From: Octopus sinensis
Lineage: Eukaryota
DNA: 64,000 bases
NCBI RefSeq assembly: GCF_006345805.1
Contig: NC_043026.1
Span: 13,371,579-13,435,578, forward strand
Direction of reading: 5' to 3'
In this document: positions 51,233 through 63,644 of the stretch, one piece after another
Position numbering within the stretch: the first letter of the stretch is position 1
How the letters are laid out: every line of letters begins with the position of its first letter
Program-made: the position numbers and the translations under genes
Notes under the pieces: generated by a model
Databases searched by the model: none
Told to the model about the DNA's origin: nothing
Seen by the model: the letters and a program-made list of their open reading frames with translations, nothing else

Positions 51233-51655
51233 AATGAAGGGCCAGAAGCATGTATAGATGCCTTTGAAAAACAGTCAAACAAAAGTATTCCATCAAATTT
51301 TTCTCTGTAGATTATTGAGGTCTGTGTTAGAAAGTAACACAATGAAGTTTGGACAAAGGTTTTACCACCAGACGAAGGGTTGCGCCATGGGTGCCCCCAT
51401 GGCTGTTAATTTCGCTAATGTCTTCATGACGAAATTCGAGACACAGTTACTGAAGACGTTCAAATCCCTTCATGGTCATGAACCAATACTCTGGTTACAG
51501 TTCATTGACGATGTGTTTTTTGTCTGGGAAGGACCACAGGATATTTTAATGGACTTCTTTGCATTTCTGTGACTGTTATGCTAAAAACTATGGCTTTAAG
51601 TCAACCATAAAATTTACGTCTAGGTTTTCAAAAACTAGCTTTGAATTTTTGGACA
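51233..51655 (+). mobile_element. Penelope-like element RT fragment (frameshifted)
   Basis: FYHQTKGCAMGAPMAVNFANVFM...WLQFIDDVFFVW...IKFT..FLD. Confidence 0.85.
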
Positions 51656-51722
51656 CAAAGGAGGAGATTTGTTTGACTAAAACTCTTCAAGGGTGTGCTC
51701 CAGCATGGCCACAGTCCAATAA

Positions 51723-51758
<36 letters not shown>

Positions 51759-51786
51759 ATATATATATATATACACATATATATTG

Positions 51787-52236
51787 GCTGTGTGGTAAGT
51801 AGCTTGCTTACCAACCACATGGTTCCGGGTTCAGTCCCACAGTGTGGCACCTTGCGCAAGTGTCTTCTACTATAGCCTCAGGCCGACCAAAGCCTTGTGA
51901 GTGGATTTGGTAGATGGAAACTGAAAGAAGCCCGTCGAATATATGTATATATATATATAAATGTATGTGTGTGTTTGTGTGTCTGTGTTTATCTCCCCAA
52001 CATCGGTTGACAACCGATGCTGGTGTGTTTACATCCTCGTAACTTAGCGCTTCGGCAAAAGAGACCGATAGAATAAGTACTTGGCTTCCAAAGAATAAGT
52101 CCTGGAGTCGATTTGCTCGACTAAAAGCGGTGCTCCAGCATGGCCACAGTCAAACGACTGAAACAAGTAAAAGAGTATATATATGTACATATATTTTCAT
52201 ATACAGAAAGCATGCATGAGAGAGAAAGATAGGCAC

Positions 52237-52267
<31 letters not shown>

Positions 52268-53041
52268 CAAAGGGATCTATGGGAGGTGGTGGAAGGAGTC
52301 AGTTGTAGTCAGTGAGTGTAAGAGTATTCACAGGGCGCTGTGCACTGCCTGACATCACGCACGCGTGCAACCTACCTGGTCAGCAGACTTCTTGTGTCCA
52401 CAAGACCATGCGTCACACTTGATGAATGGGTGTGGTCGCAGGTGTGGGCGTCACTGACAAGATGGAGCGAGGGAAGAAGTGAGAGGAGGAGTGGATGTGG
52501 AAGGATTACTGCTTTTGTTGTCGTTGTTATGGTGTTGTTGTTTAACCCCGAGCAGTCCTAACTTGGCAAATCTGAGATGAAAACGATTCCAGTTATGACC
52601 ATCTGTTATTACTATTATGTTCCACACTGCAAATACTCTCTCTCTTTCTCTCTTTTACTTGCTTCAGTCATTTGACTGCGGCCATGCTGGAGCACCGCCT
52701 TTAGTCGAGCAACTCGACCCCGGGACTTATTCTTTGTAAGCCCAGTACTTATTCTATCGGTATCTTTTGCCAAACTGCTAAGTTACGGGAACATCAACAC
52801 ACCAGCATCGGTTGTCAAGCAATGCTAGGGGGACAAACATATACACACACATACATATATATATATACATATATACGACGGGCTTCTTTCAGTTTCCATC
52901 TACCAAATCCACTCACAAGGCATTGCTCGGCCCGAGGCTATAGCAGAAGACACTTGCCCTAGATGCCACGCAGTAGGACTGAACCCGGAACCATGTGGTT
53001 GGTAAGCAAGCTACTTACCACACAGCCACTCCTGCGCCTAT
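51787..53041. mobile_element. Two inverted SINE family 1 copies (51787-52175 +, 52640-53041 -)
   Basis: Same consensus, opposite orientations. Confidence 0.9.
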
Positions 53042-53446
53042 AGGCAGTGAATGTTTTCTTTCTTTTTTTTCCTGGAATAGTGTATCTTGGACTACATTGT
53101 CTGATGTATTCTTCCCTTGTAGCTGCTGCTTAATCCAAGGTCTGGCATAAATGTGAAGAGCAGTGATCAAAGGTGCTTCTAACCATGACCATCCTGTCTG
53201 TTATTCAGACATAGTGTATCTAGGACTACATCATCTAATGTTTCCTTCTGTTACCATTTTTTAACCCTGGTGATAATTGCTAAGTTACAGGAATGTAAAC
53301 AAACTAACACAGGCTGTCTTTTGGAGGTGGGATATAAACATAAACACAAAGATACACACACACACACATATATATATATATACACACATATATATATATA
53401 CACACATATATATATACATATCTGTACACACACATCATATATATAT

Positions 53447-53795
53447 CATCATCATCATCATCATCATCATCATCGTTTAACGTCCGTTTTCCGCGCTAGC
53501 ACGGGTCGGACGGTTCGACCGGGGATCTGGGAAGCCAGGAGGCTGCACCAGGCTCCAGTCTGACCTGGCAGAGTTTCTACGGCCGGATGCCCTTCCTAAC
53601 GCCAACCACTCTGCGAGTGTAGTGGGTGCTTTTTACGTGCCACCTGCACAGGTGCCAGGGGGGGTCCGGCATCGGCCACGAACGGTTGGAGCTTTTAACG
53701 TGCCACCGGCACGGAAGCCAGCCAAAGCGGCGCTGGCAACGGCCACGTTCGGATGGTGCTTTTATGTGCCAACGGCACAGAAGCCAGTCGGGGCG
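53447..53795 (-). mobile_element. RTE 3' UTR/tail fragment
   Basis: (CAT)n on the + strand followed by the reverse complement of the tail. Confidence 0.8.
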
Positions 53796-53813
53796 GCGCG
53801 TATATATATATAC

Positions 53814-53847
<34 letters not shown>

Positions 53848-54904
53848 AATATTGACATAAAAGGGCACCATTCGACTAGTGTCTGTCCGGGTAGGGAATA
53901 TATACACCATGGAAACCAGGAAACTGGGAAACCGAGAAACTGGGAGACCAGGAAACCGGGAAACTGAGAAACCAGGTAACTGGGAAACTGAGAATCTGGG
54001 AAACTAGGAAACTGAGAAATCAGGAAACTGGCCCTTATGAGTTGATATGACTTGAGGAAGTAATTTTACCTTTACCTTTTAGTGCATCTTGGAGTACATT
54101 GTCTAATGTGTTCATGTTGTGGCTTAGCTCCATGTTAAGCCTTATCCAGGAAACTTGTAATCATAGGTGTTCCAAACCATGACTATGCTGTCCAAATGTG
54201 ACCACCCAGTCTTTTATTGAGACATAGAATATCAAGGACTATTCAGCATATCTTTCAATTTCATTTTAAGACAGAAGGGTGTGGTTTGAAGAAGGCTCGG
54301 TCTGCTGCTATTTTTAGCAGAACAAGTGACCGTGTGACCATCTTGTCTTTCATTCAGGCATAGTGTATCTAGGATTACATTATCCAATGTATTCTTTATT
54401 CGGCTCTGTATTTAAGCCTTATCCAGCAGGTCTGTAATCTTAAGTGTTCCCTAACCATGACTATGCTGTCCAAATGTGACCACCCTGTCTTTTATTCTTT
54501 TCTACTCAAAGCACAAGGCCTGAAATTTTGGGGGAGGGGGCCAGTTGATTAGATCGACCCCCAGTACGCAACAGGTACTTAATTCATCGATCCCGGCGGA
54601 ATTTAAACTCAGAACGTAACAGCAGAAGAAATACCTATTTCTATTTCTTTACTACCCACAAGGGGCTAAACATAGAGAGGACAAACAAGGACAGACATAG
54701 GTATTAAGTCGATTACATCGACCCCAGTGCGTAACAGGTACTTAATTTATTGACCTCGATAGGATGAAAGGCAAAGTCGACCTCGGCGGAATTTGAACTC
54801 AGAACATAAAGACAGACAAAATACTGCTAAGCGTTTCACCCAGCTTGCCACATTCACTGTGTCTTTTATTGAGATGCAGAGTATCTAGGATTATTCAACG
54901 TATA

Positions 54905-55375
54905 TAGGCGTAGGAGTGGCTGTGTGGTAAGTAGCTTGCTTACAAACAACATGGTTCTAGGTTCAGTCCCACTGTGTGGCACCTTGGGCAAGTGTCTTCT
55001 ACTATAGCCTCGGGCCGACCAAAGCCTTGTGAGTGGATTTGGTAGATGGAAACTGAAAGAAGCCCATCGTATATATGTATATATATGTGTGTGTGTGTTT
55101 GTGTGTCTGTGCTTGTCCCCCCAACATCGCTTGACAACCGATGCAGGTGTGTTTATGTCCCCGTAACTTAGCGGTTCAGCAAAAGAGACCAATAGAATAA
55201 GTACCAGGTAACTGGGAAACCGGAGAAACTGGGAAACCGGGGAAACTGGGAAACCGGGGAAACTGGGAAACCAGGTTTACAAAGAATAAGTCCGGGGTCG
55301 ATTTGCTCGACTAAAGGCAGTGCTCCAGCATGGCCACAGTCAAATGACTGAAACAAGTAAAAGAATAAAAGAGTA
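54905..55375 (+). mobile_element. SINE family 1 with internal 9-mer expansion
   Basis: Same consensus with (GGGAAACCG)-like units at about 55205-55275. Confidence 0.9.
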
Positions 55376-56879
55376 TCTTTCTATTTCATTTTAAGACAGA
55401 AGGGTGTGGTTTGAAGTGACCTTGTGACCGTCTTGTCTTTCATTCAGGCCGAGTGTACCTAGGAGTGAAGGCCTGTGGTTTAGTGGTTAGAGTGTTGGAA
55501 CTCATGACTGTAAGATTGTGGTTTCAATTCCCGGAGATCAGGTAACACGTTCTTATTTTGAGTAAAACACTTCATTTTACATGGCTCCAGTCCACTCAGC
55601 TGGTAAAAGTGAGTAACCCTGTGAGTGATTAGCATCCTATCCAGGTGGGGAACATATATGCCACGAAACCAGGAAACCAGCCCTTATGAATGGCTCGAGA
55701 AGGCAAGACAGAAGGGTGTTGTTTGAAGGTCTGGGCTGCCGATATTTTTAGCAGAGTGAATGATCTTCTGACCATCTTGTCTTTCATTCAGACATAGTGT
55801 ATCTAGGAATACATGATCCAATGTGTTCTTTCTTAGACTCTGTGTTAATCCTTATCCAACAGAAAGGTGTGGTTTGAAGAAGGCTCAGGCTGCTGCTATT
55901 TTTAGCAGAACAAGTGACCGTGTGACCATCTTGTCTTTCATTCAGGCATAGTGTATCTAGGAATACATTATCCAATGTGTTCTTTCTTAGACTCTGTATT
56001 AAGCATTATTCAGCAGGTCTGTAACCTTAAGTGTTCCTAACCATGACTATGCTGTCCAAATGTGACCACCCTGTCTTTTATTGAGACATAAAGTATCTAG
56101 GGGTATTTAAAGCGTCCTTCCATTTCGTTTTAAGACAGAAGGGTGTGGTTTGAAGAAGGCTCAGGCTGCTGCTATTTTTAGCAGAACAAGTGACCTTGTG
56201 ACCATCTTGTCTTTCATTCCGGCATAGTGTATCTAGGATTACATTATCCAATGTGTTCTTTCTTAGACTCTGTATTAATCCTTATCCAACAGGCCTGGAA
56301 TTTTAAATGCTCCAAACCGGACTGTGTCCAAATGTGACCACCCTGTCTTTTATTGAGACATAAAGTATCTAGGGGTATTTAAAGCGTCCTTCAATTTTGT
56401 CTTTAGACAGAAGGGTGTGGTTCGAAGAAGGCTCAGGCTGCTGCTATTTTTAGCAGAGAAAGTGACTAACTTGGCTCAGCTCCCAACGATGAACTGATGC
56501 AGCAGTCGGACAGCTGCAGTGTACTGGGTCAGGGGGGCGAAAGAGGCAGGGTGGGGGTTAGAGACATATTAGCGCACCCGTCCGCAGACGGTGCACCGTG
56601 TCTGCAGACGGTGCATCGGAGGTCGAGATGGCGCAGTGTCACGTCGCCTTGCATCGGCAAATGCAGGCGACGACAGATCAGCTGTTCTGTCGAACAATGT
56701 GTGACTCATTCCTCTATCCTTCCTCCTCCTCCTCCTCTTCCTCTTCCACCTGCGCCACCTGCAGAACACTCGATGCAGCAGTGAAGGCGGTGACCAGTGT
56801 CTTTTTGCATAATGTTATGTTGATAGGACGCGTTGCCATCGTCACTGCTGTTTGTTTGTCGTTGCCGCTGTTGTCGTCG

Positions 56880-57203
56880 TCGTCATCGCGACGGTGTCAT
56901 TGCGATTATCATCATCATCACCACCACCATCATCATCATCTTCATTATCATCATCATCACAATCATCATCATCATCATCACAATCATCATCATCATCATC
57001 ATCATCATCGTCATCATCATCATCACCACCATCATCTTCATCATCATCATCATCACAATCATCATCATCATCATCACAATCATCATCATCATCATCATCA
57101 TCACCGCCATCATCATCATCGTCGTCATCATCATCATCATCATCATCATCATCACCACCATCATCGTCATTAACATCATCATCACAATCATCATCGTCAT
57201 CAT

Positions 57204-57253
<50 letters not shown>

Positions 57254-57445
57254 CCACCACCATCATCGTCATTAACATCATCATCACAATCATCATCGTC
57301 ATCATCATCATCACCACCATCATCATCATCATCATCACCACCACCACCATCATCATCATCATCGTCATCATCATCATTGCTATCGTTGTCAACGTTGTCA
57401 TCATTGACATCAACACAGTCGTCCTCATCTTCCTCGTAATCACCT
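56880..57445. repeat. (CAT)/(CAC) trinucleotide expansion, about 560 bp
   Basis: Direct reading. Confidence 0.98.
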
Positions 57446-57954
57446 CATCATTGCGTCATCATTAAGTTACGTCATTGTAGTTAGTGCTGTTGTTGTTGTT
57501 GTTCTCATTGTTGCTGTCTGTAGTTCTCGTTGGTGGGGATGGTAGTGGTAAATTCCTATGAGTGTGTTTGTGTCTGTGTGTTTGTGTTTATGCTGTGTGT
57601 GTATATAATCCATATACATATACACACACATGCACACACACATACATACACATATGTATGTATGCATGCATGTATGAGTGTATGGTGTGTGTGTGTGTGT
57701 GTGTGTGTTGTGTGTGTGGTTGTGTGTATCTGTCTCTGTCGTTGGACTGTGGCCATGCTGGGGTACCACCAGGAAAGGTTTTTAGCAGAACAAATCGATC
57801 CCAGGGCTTATTTTCTAAAGCCTGCTACTTATTCTATTGGTATCTGCTGCCTAATTGCTAAGTTACAGGAATGTAAACAAACCAACACAGGCTGTCTTTT
57901 GGTGGTGGGACATAAACGTAAACACAAAGATACACATGCACACAAATATATATA

Positions 57955-58012
<58 letters not shown>

Positions 58013-58062
58013 TACATGTGTATATAATATATATATATATATATCACACACATACTATGTGT

Positions 58063-58095
<33 letters not shown>

Positions 58096-58102
58096 CACAT
58101 AC

Positions 58103-58159
<57 letters not shown>

Positions 58160-58699
58160 TACATATGTGTATATATATATATATATATATATCCCATAAC
58201 CGACCAGGCTATCAGATGTTGCTACACATCGCTGGTCACAATGCGCTTCGCATTGTTTTAGCCTTCAAATGACGCCACCCCGCTGGCTAAGCGAGCAGGC
58301 CAACAGAAGAAAGAGTGAGAGAAAGTTGCGGCGAAAGAGTACACCAAGGATCACACCCGCTGAACTTATCTTGTGTAATCTTAGTACTTATTCTATCGGT
58401 CTTTTTTGCTGATCTGCTAAGTTACAGAGACATAAACACACCAGCATTGGTTGTCAAGCAATGCCAGGGGGACAAACACAGACACACAAACACACACACG
58501 CATATATATATATATATATATATATATGACAGGCTTCCGTCTACCAAATCTACTCACAAGGCTTTGGTCAGCCTGAGGCTATAGTAGAAGACACTTGCTC
58601 AAGGTGCCACGCAGTGGGACTGAACTCAGAACCATGTGGTTGGGAAGCAAACTTCTTACCACAAAGCCACTCCTATATATGTAAACATAGATATATGTA

Positions 58700-59013
58700 T
58701 ATCACCGTGATCACCGTGACCGACCAGGCTATCAGATGTTGCTACACATCACTGGTCACAATGCGCTTCGCATTGTTTTAGCCTTCAAATGATGCCACCC
58801 TGCTTGGCTAAGTGAGCAGGCCAACAGAAGAAAGAGTGAGAGAAAGTTGTGGTGAAAGAGTACAGCAGGGATCGCCACCACCCCATGCCAGAGCCTTGTG
58901 GAGCTTTAGGTGTTTCCGCTCACTAAACTCTAACAACGCCCGGTCTGGGAATCGAAACGGCGATCCTACGACCGCGAGTCCGCTGCCCTAACCACTGGGC
59001 CATTGCGCTTCCA
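58700..59013 (-). mobile_element. SINE family 3 (GGAGGCGCAATGGCCCAGTGGTTAGG tRNA-like head); other copies at 19170-19340, 22720-22975, 58195-58345, 60030-60192
   Basis: A/B-box-like motifs, shared ccctgctgtactctttcaccac core. Confidence 0.85.
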
Positions 59014-59510
59014 CATATATGTATATATGTATATGTATATATGTATGTATGTGTGTGTGTGTGTATGTGTGTGAGTATATATATATGAGAGAGATGGAGA
59101 GGGAGGGAGAGAAGAAAAGAGAGAGAGTGAGAGAGAGCAAGAGCAAGAGGGAGAGAGGGGGAGAGAGGGAAAGAAATATATCCATAGAGATGTGTGAGTG
59201 TATATGTTATAAAATATATATCATGTTACAGTGGAATAAATCTTAAATGGATTTTGGGTGGGTAGGAGTTAAGTTCAGAAACTGTTAACCAATTCTATAC
59301 CCTAGTCAATTTGTTTTGCCAAGAATTTGGAATAAAGTGCCAAATTTCATTTCAAAACTACGTTATATCATATGTTTTAAACATATGAATATTGTTATTA
59401 TAATCATTTTGTGCCAAAATTTTAAACTATTATTATTAGTATTTTTATTATTATTAATTATATAAATGTGTGTATTGAATATATATATAGTATGTAGATA
59501 TGTATGTATG

Positions 59511-59547
<37 letters not shown>

Positions 59548-59618
59548 ATGTATATATATATATATCAATATTTATATATTATATATATACATAAATATAT
59601 ATATAGATACATATATAC

Positions 59619-59663
<45 letters not shown>

Positions 59664-59699
59664 ATACATACACAGACACAGACACACACACATATATAT

Positions 59700-59860
59700 A
59701 TATATAGGGGAAGAATTCACAAAAAAACAAAAAAGTGAAGACAGGTGGTGTAGACAACAAACAGATGTATTAGTTTAATGCTCAGGAAGTGAAAAAGGCT
59801 TTAACGTTTCGAGCCTATGCTCTTCCTCAGAAAGAAACACAGAAAGAAACAAGGAGGTCT
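59700..59860 (-). mobile_element. Penelope-like pseudo-LTR with hammerhead motif at 59799-59834
   Basis: Minus strand reads CUUU-CUGAGGA-A-GAGC(AUAG)GCUC-GAAA-CG-UU-AAAG; adjacent to (TA)n. Confidence 0.65.
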
Positions 59861-60904
59861 GGCATCTGTGCCGGCGGCATGTAAAAAGTACCCACACCCA
59901 CTACACTCACGGAGTGGTTGGCATTAGGAAGGGCATCCAGCCGTAGAAACATTGCCAGATCAGACTGGGCCTGGTGCGCCTGTTATGTTTTTAAAAATCA
60001 AAAAAAATCAAACATCTTTATACCATACAGAGGCGCAATGGACTAGTGGTTAGGGCAGCGGACTCGCGGTCGCAGGATCGCGGTTTCGATTCTCAGACCG
60101 GGCGTTGTGTGTGTTTATTGAGCGAAAACACCTAAAAGCTCTACGAGGCTCCGGCAGGGGGTGGTGATCCCTGCTGTACTCTTTCACCACAATGGCGGTG
60201 CCCCAGCATGGCCACAGCTCAAGAGCTGAAACTGGAAAAACAAAACAAAAATACAAATAAATTATTCATACATCCATCTTTCTCCACTTTCTTTCTGTCA
60301 ATACACACACACCACACACACACACACACACATACATACATACACATATATATTCATATACACTTTTGATCAAAGGAGGACCGTTTACATAGATTGCTTG
60401 GTGTCCTAAAAAATTGAGCGAAATCATACTTTATTGTATTGATAAAGAAGGACCCTTTGTACAATGTAGGCCTAGATATAAGTATAAACACACACACACA
60501 ACACACACAAAACTAAAACAAAAGCAAGGTGTCATGGTTAAAACACTCCTGCTTAAAGGTCCACTGGGTTAACACTTTACTTAACAAATTTGTAACAAAA
60601 TACAGGGTAGGTCAAATGACACGCACCAAAACATATGACATTTTCTGTGTTATATTACATTTATTATTATCAATATTATTGTTGTTGTTGTTGTTGTTGT
60701 TATTCTCTTCTTTCAATTTTGTTTCCATTTCTTGTCAGGTGTCTTCCTGACACCTAGGGCAAAAAAACTCATTGCATACATTGGTCAGCCATTGAAATAA
60801 AGACACCAGATTGTTCATTTACAAAGTCATGTGACAGAAAGAAAAATGGGGAAGAAAGACAGAGAGAAAAAGGAAAGCAGAAAAAAGAAAACATCTTGCT
60901 TCCC

Positions 60905-61082
60905 TTCTTCTTCTTCTTGCCTTTGCACAGCTTCTAACGCTGGAGATGTACTACGGTTCCAAGCAGTGCTGTTTTCTGCAAGTGCTCCACCCTTATTGCA
61001 ACCCCTATTTGTTCCATGTACTTCTCAAGATTTTTACTCACTGTTCCCAGGGCTCCGACAATTATAGTTACTACTACCTTCT
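60905..61082 (-). mobile_element. R4/Dong-like 3' fragment
   Basis: VVVTIIVGALGTVSKNLEKY..EHLQKTALLGT plus part of the same UTR. Confidence 0.8.
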
Positions 61083-61089
61083 TTTTGAA

Positions 61090-61535
61090 TGTGTGTGTGT
61101 TTGTTTCCCCACCATCACTTGACAACCGATGCTGGTGTGTTTACGTCCCAGTAACTTAGCGGTTCGGCAAAAGAGACCAATAGAATAAGTACTAGGCTTA
61201 CAAAGAATAAGTCCTGGGGTTGATTGGCTCAACTAAAGGCGGTGCTCCAGCATGGCCACAGTCAAATGACTGAAACGAGTAAAAGAGACTGATAGAATAA
61301 GTACTAGGCTTACAAAGATTAAGTCCTGGGGTCGATTGGCTCAACTAAAGGCGGTGCTCCAGCATGGCCACAGTCAAATGACTGAAACAAGTAAAAGAGA
61401 CCGATAGAATAAGTACTAGGCTTACAAAGAATAAGTCCTGGGGTCGATTTACTCGACTAAAGGCGGTGCTCCAGCATGGCCACAGTCAAATGACTGAAAC
61501 CAGTAAAAGAGAAAAGAATAAAGAGTAAAGAGGAA
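61090..61535 (+). mobile_element. SINE family 1 3' half with the 112-bp tail triplicated
   Basis: Units start at 61171, 61283, 61395. Confidence 0.9.
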
Positions 61536-61621
61536 ACACCAGTGCACGAGATCTAAATGTTTCAGTTTCAGTTTCATCTAGTTTCAGCTCACGAGCTGTG
61601 GCCATGCTGGGGCACCGCCAT

Positions 61622-61730
61622 AAAAAAATATGGAACGCTTCACGAATTTGCATGTCATCCTTGCGCAGAGGCCATCCTAATCTTCTCTGTATCGTTCCAA
61701 TTTTAGAATATGTACTGCCGAAGCAAGTAC
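61622..61730 (-). pseudogene. U6: Full-length U6 snRNA copy, probably a retro-pseudogene
   Basis: Minus strand reads GTACTTGCTTCGGCAGTACATATTCTAAAATTGGAACGATACAGAGAAGATTAGGATGGCCTCTGCGCAAGGATGACATGCAAATTCGTGAAGCGTTCCATATTTTTTT. ACAGAGA box intact, AGC triad changed to AGG, no TATA near -30. Confidence 0.9.
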
Positions 61731-62004
61731 AGATTTTTATTACACACATGTGAGTGAGAACACTTTGAGATATTTTTGGTATCTAACATATGTCAGATAC
61801 TGCGAGCGCTGCTTCTGATTGGTCAATCCATGGTGATGACCCGAGGTCACGGTGACAGCGCTGCTTCTGACTGGTCAATCCATGGTGATGACTTGAGGTC
61901 ACGGTGACGGCACTACTTTTGTCATTCATAAGTTACAACTAAACGTGAAGAATTTAGTTATTGGGTTAATAAAATATGGTCGTTTATTCGTGTGTAATAA
62001 ATAA

Positions 62005-62148
62005 AATACCAAATGAGTTCCCTATGGATACTGTATTTATTACAACTCGTGGCTTATAAACGTATCTAACGAGCGAAAGCGAGTTAGATACGTTTACAAG
62101 CCACGAGTTGTAATAAATACAGTATCCATAGGGAATGAGTTTGGTATT
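62005..62148. repeat. Palindromic MITE-like hairpin with central GC-GAAA-GC loop
   Basis: About 65-bp arms read directly. Confidence 0.85.
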
Positions 62149-62521
62149 CTCTATTTACTTTTAAAATATGTCCCAATATTCAGGATAGTTGTATGCCTAG
62201 AAGTAAGTTAGTCATTACCCAATTGTCCCCGTTAACTGATGGGTAATGATTTGTTGAAATCCCTCCTTTATATCTTCGACACAACTGGCAGGGGCTTAAA
62301 GGTTTACAATTGTCAAACTTAACTATGGAAGACCTGAATGTAATATTTCCTTATTGAAAATATAATCCTTTTTTTTGTCCAGTGAATTTACTGCGGTCAA
62401 ACGTATGGAAGACTTGAATGTAATATTTTGCCATGGAAAATACCAAACTTTCTTGTCCTGAACATTAACAGCGATCAAACTTAGGTATGGAAGATCTGAA
62501 TGTAATATTTCTTTATTGAAA

Positions 62522-62924
62522 ACTAGCAGTATCACCCGGCGTTGCTTGGGTTTGTAAGGGAAATAACTATATAAGCATTTTTAGAGAGTTATAGCCAAAA
62601 TATAGCAAAAAAATGCATTAAAACTGAAAAAAAAATTATGGTAAATTTTTTAAAAAGTCGTTGACTCATCGTAGACATTTTTAGAGAGTTACTTCCCTTA
62701 TATAATAGCGAAAAAAATGCATTAAAAAATGGGAAAAATTGATGGTAAATTCTTTTTAAAATCGTAGACTCATCGTAGACGTGCGCTAATACCCAGAAGG
62801 GCTCGATATGAATCACGACTATAAGATACCCGGTTTTGGTTACACTGCACCGCAAAATGTGGGAGTAGTTAGGAATCTAAATCGTAGGAGACAGACACAC
62901 AACTTGACTTTTATATATAAAGAT
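62522..62924 (+). mobile_element. Helentron/HINE-like non-autonomous element
   Basis: 5' ACTAGCAGTATCACCCGGCGTTGCTTGGG and 3' TTTATATATAAAGAT ends; cleanly interrupts an about 82-bp repeat. Confidence 0.6.
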
Positions 62925-63600
62925 ATAATCCTGTTATTATCCAGTGAATTTACAGTTGTCAAACTTTAGTATGGAAGACATGACTGTAATATTTTTCTAT
63001 GGAAAACATGAAACTTTTCTAGTTCTGTAGATTTACTGCTTTCTAACATAAGTATGGAAGATCTGATTGTAATATTTCGGTATCAAAAATATGACACCTA
63101 CCCCTGTCCTGTAGATTTACTGCGGATACCCAAAAGCAGACATAAGGAGCTCGACACAGACCCCTGACTCGTCAGGTCCGGTTAAACTGTTCATCCCGTG
63201 CCAGCACGGAAGATGGTTATTAAATGATGAGGATAATGATGATGATGATATTGATGATGATAATGATGATGATGGTGGTGGTGGTGGTGGTGGTGGTGGT
63301 GGGGTTTGGATGATTATGATGATGCTATTGGTGGTTGGCTATGGTTGTGGTGGTGATGGTGGTAGTGGTGAGGATCATGGATCATGGCAGTGACGATTGA
63401 TGATGATGATGATAATGATAATGATGTTATCATCATCATCATCATCATCATCATCGTTACTTTAATGATTTAATGTGGGATTCAAATTAGTAAACAACAG
63501 ATAATATGTAAATACAACAATTATCACAACATGAACTAATAAATACTTCTCCTGAAATACTGTAATTACACAACACATACACACACAAACAAACAAACAC

Positions 63601-63641
<41 letters not shown>

Positions 63642-63644
63642 CAT

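Larger units (their letters stand above)
53050..56465. repeat. Degenerate composite tandem repeat (150-280-bp modules) interrupted by SINEs
   Basis: Recurrent catagtgtatctagga..., gtccaaatgtgaccaccctgtc and aagacagaagggtgtggtttgaag motifs. Confidence 0.7.

Noticed and set aside
56598-57465. Poly-His, poly-Ile, poly-Ser and poly-Met ORFs
   Set aside because: All are frames of one (CAT)n tract; no splice or domain support.
61622-61730. Functional U6 gene
   Set aside because: AGC triad mutated, no TATA near -30, fused to a retroposon tail.
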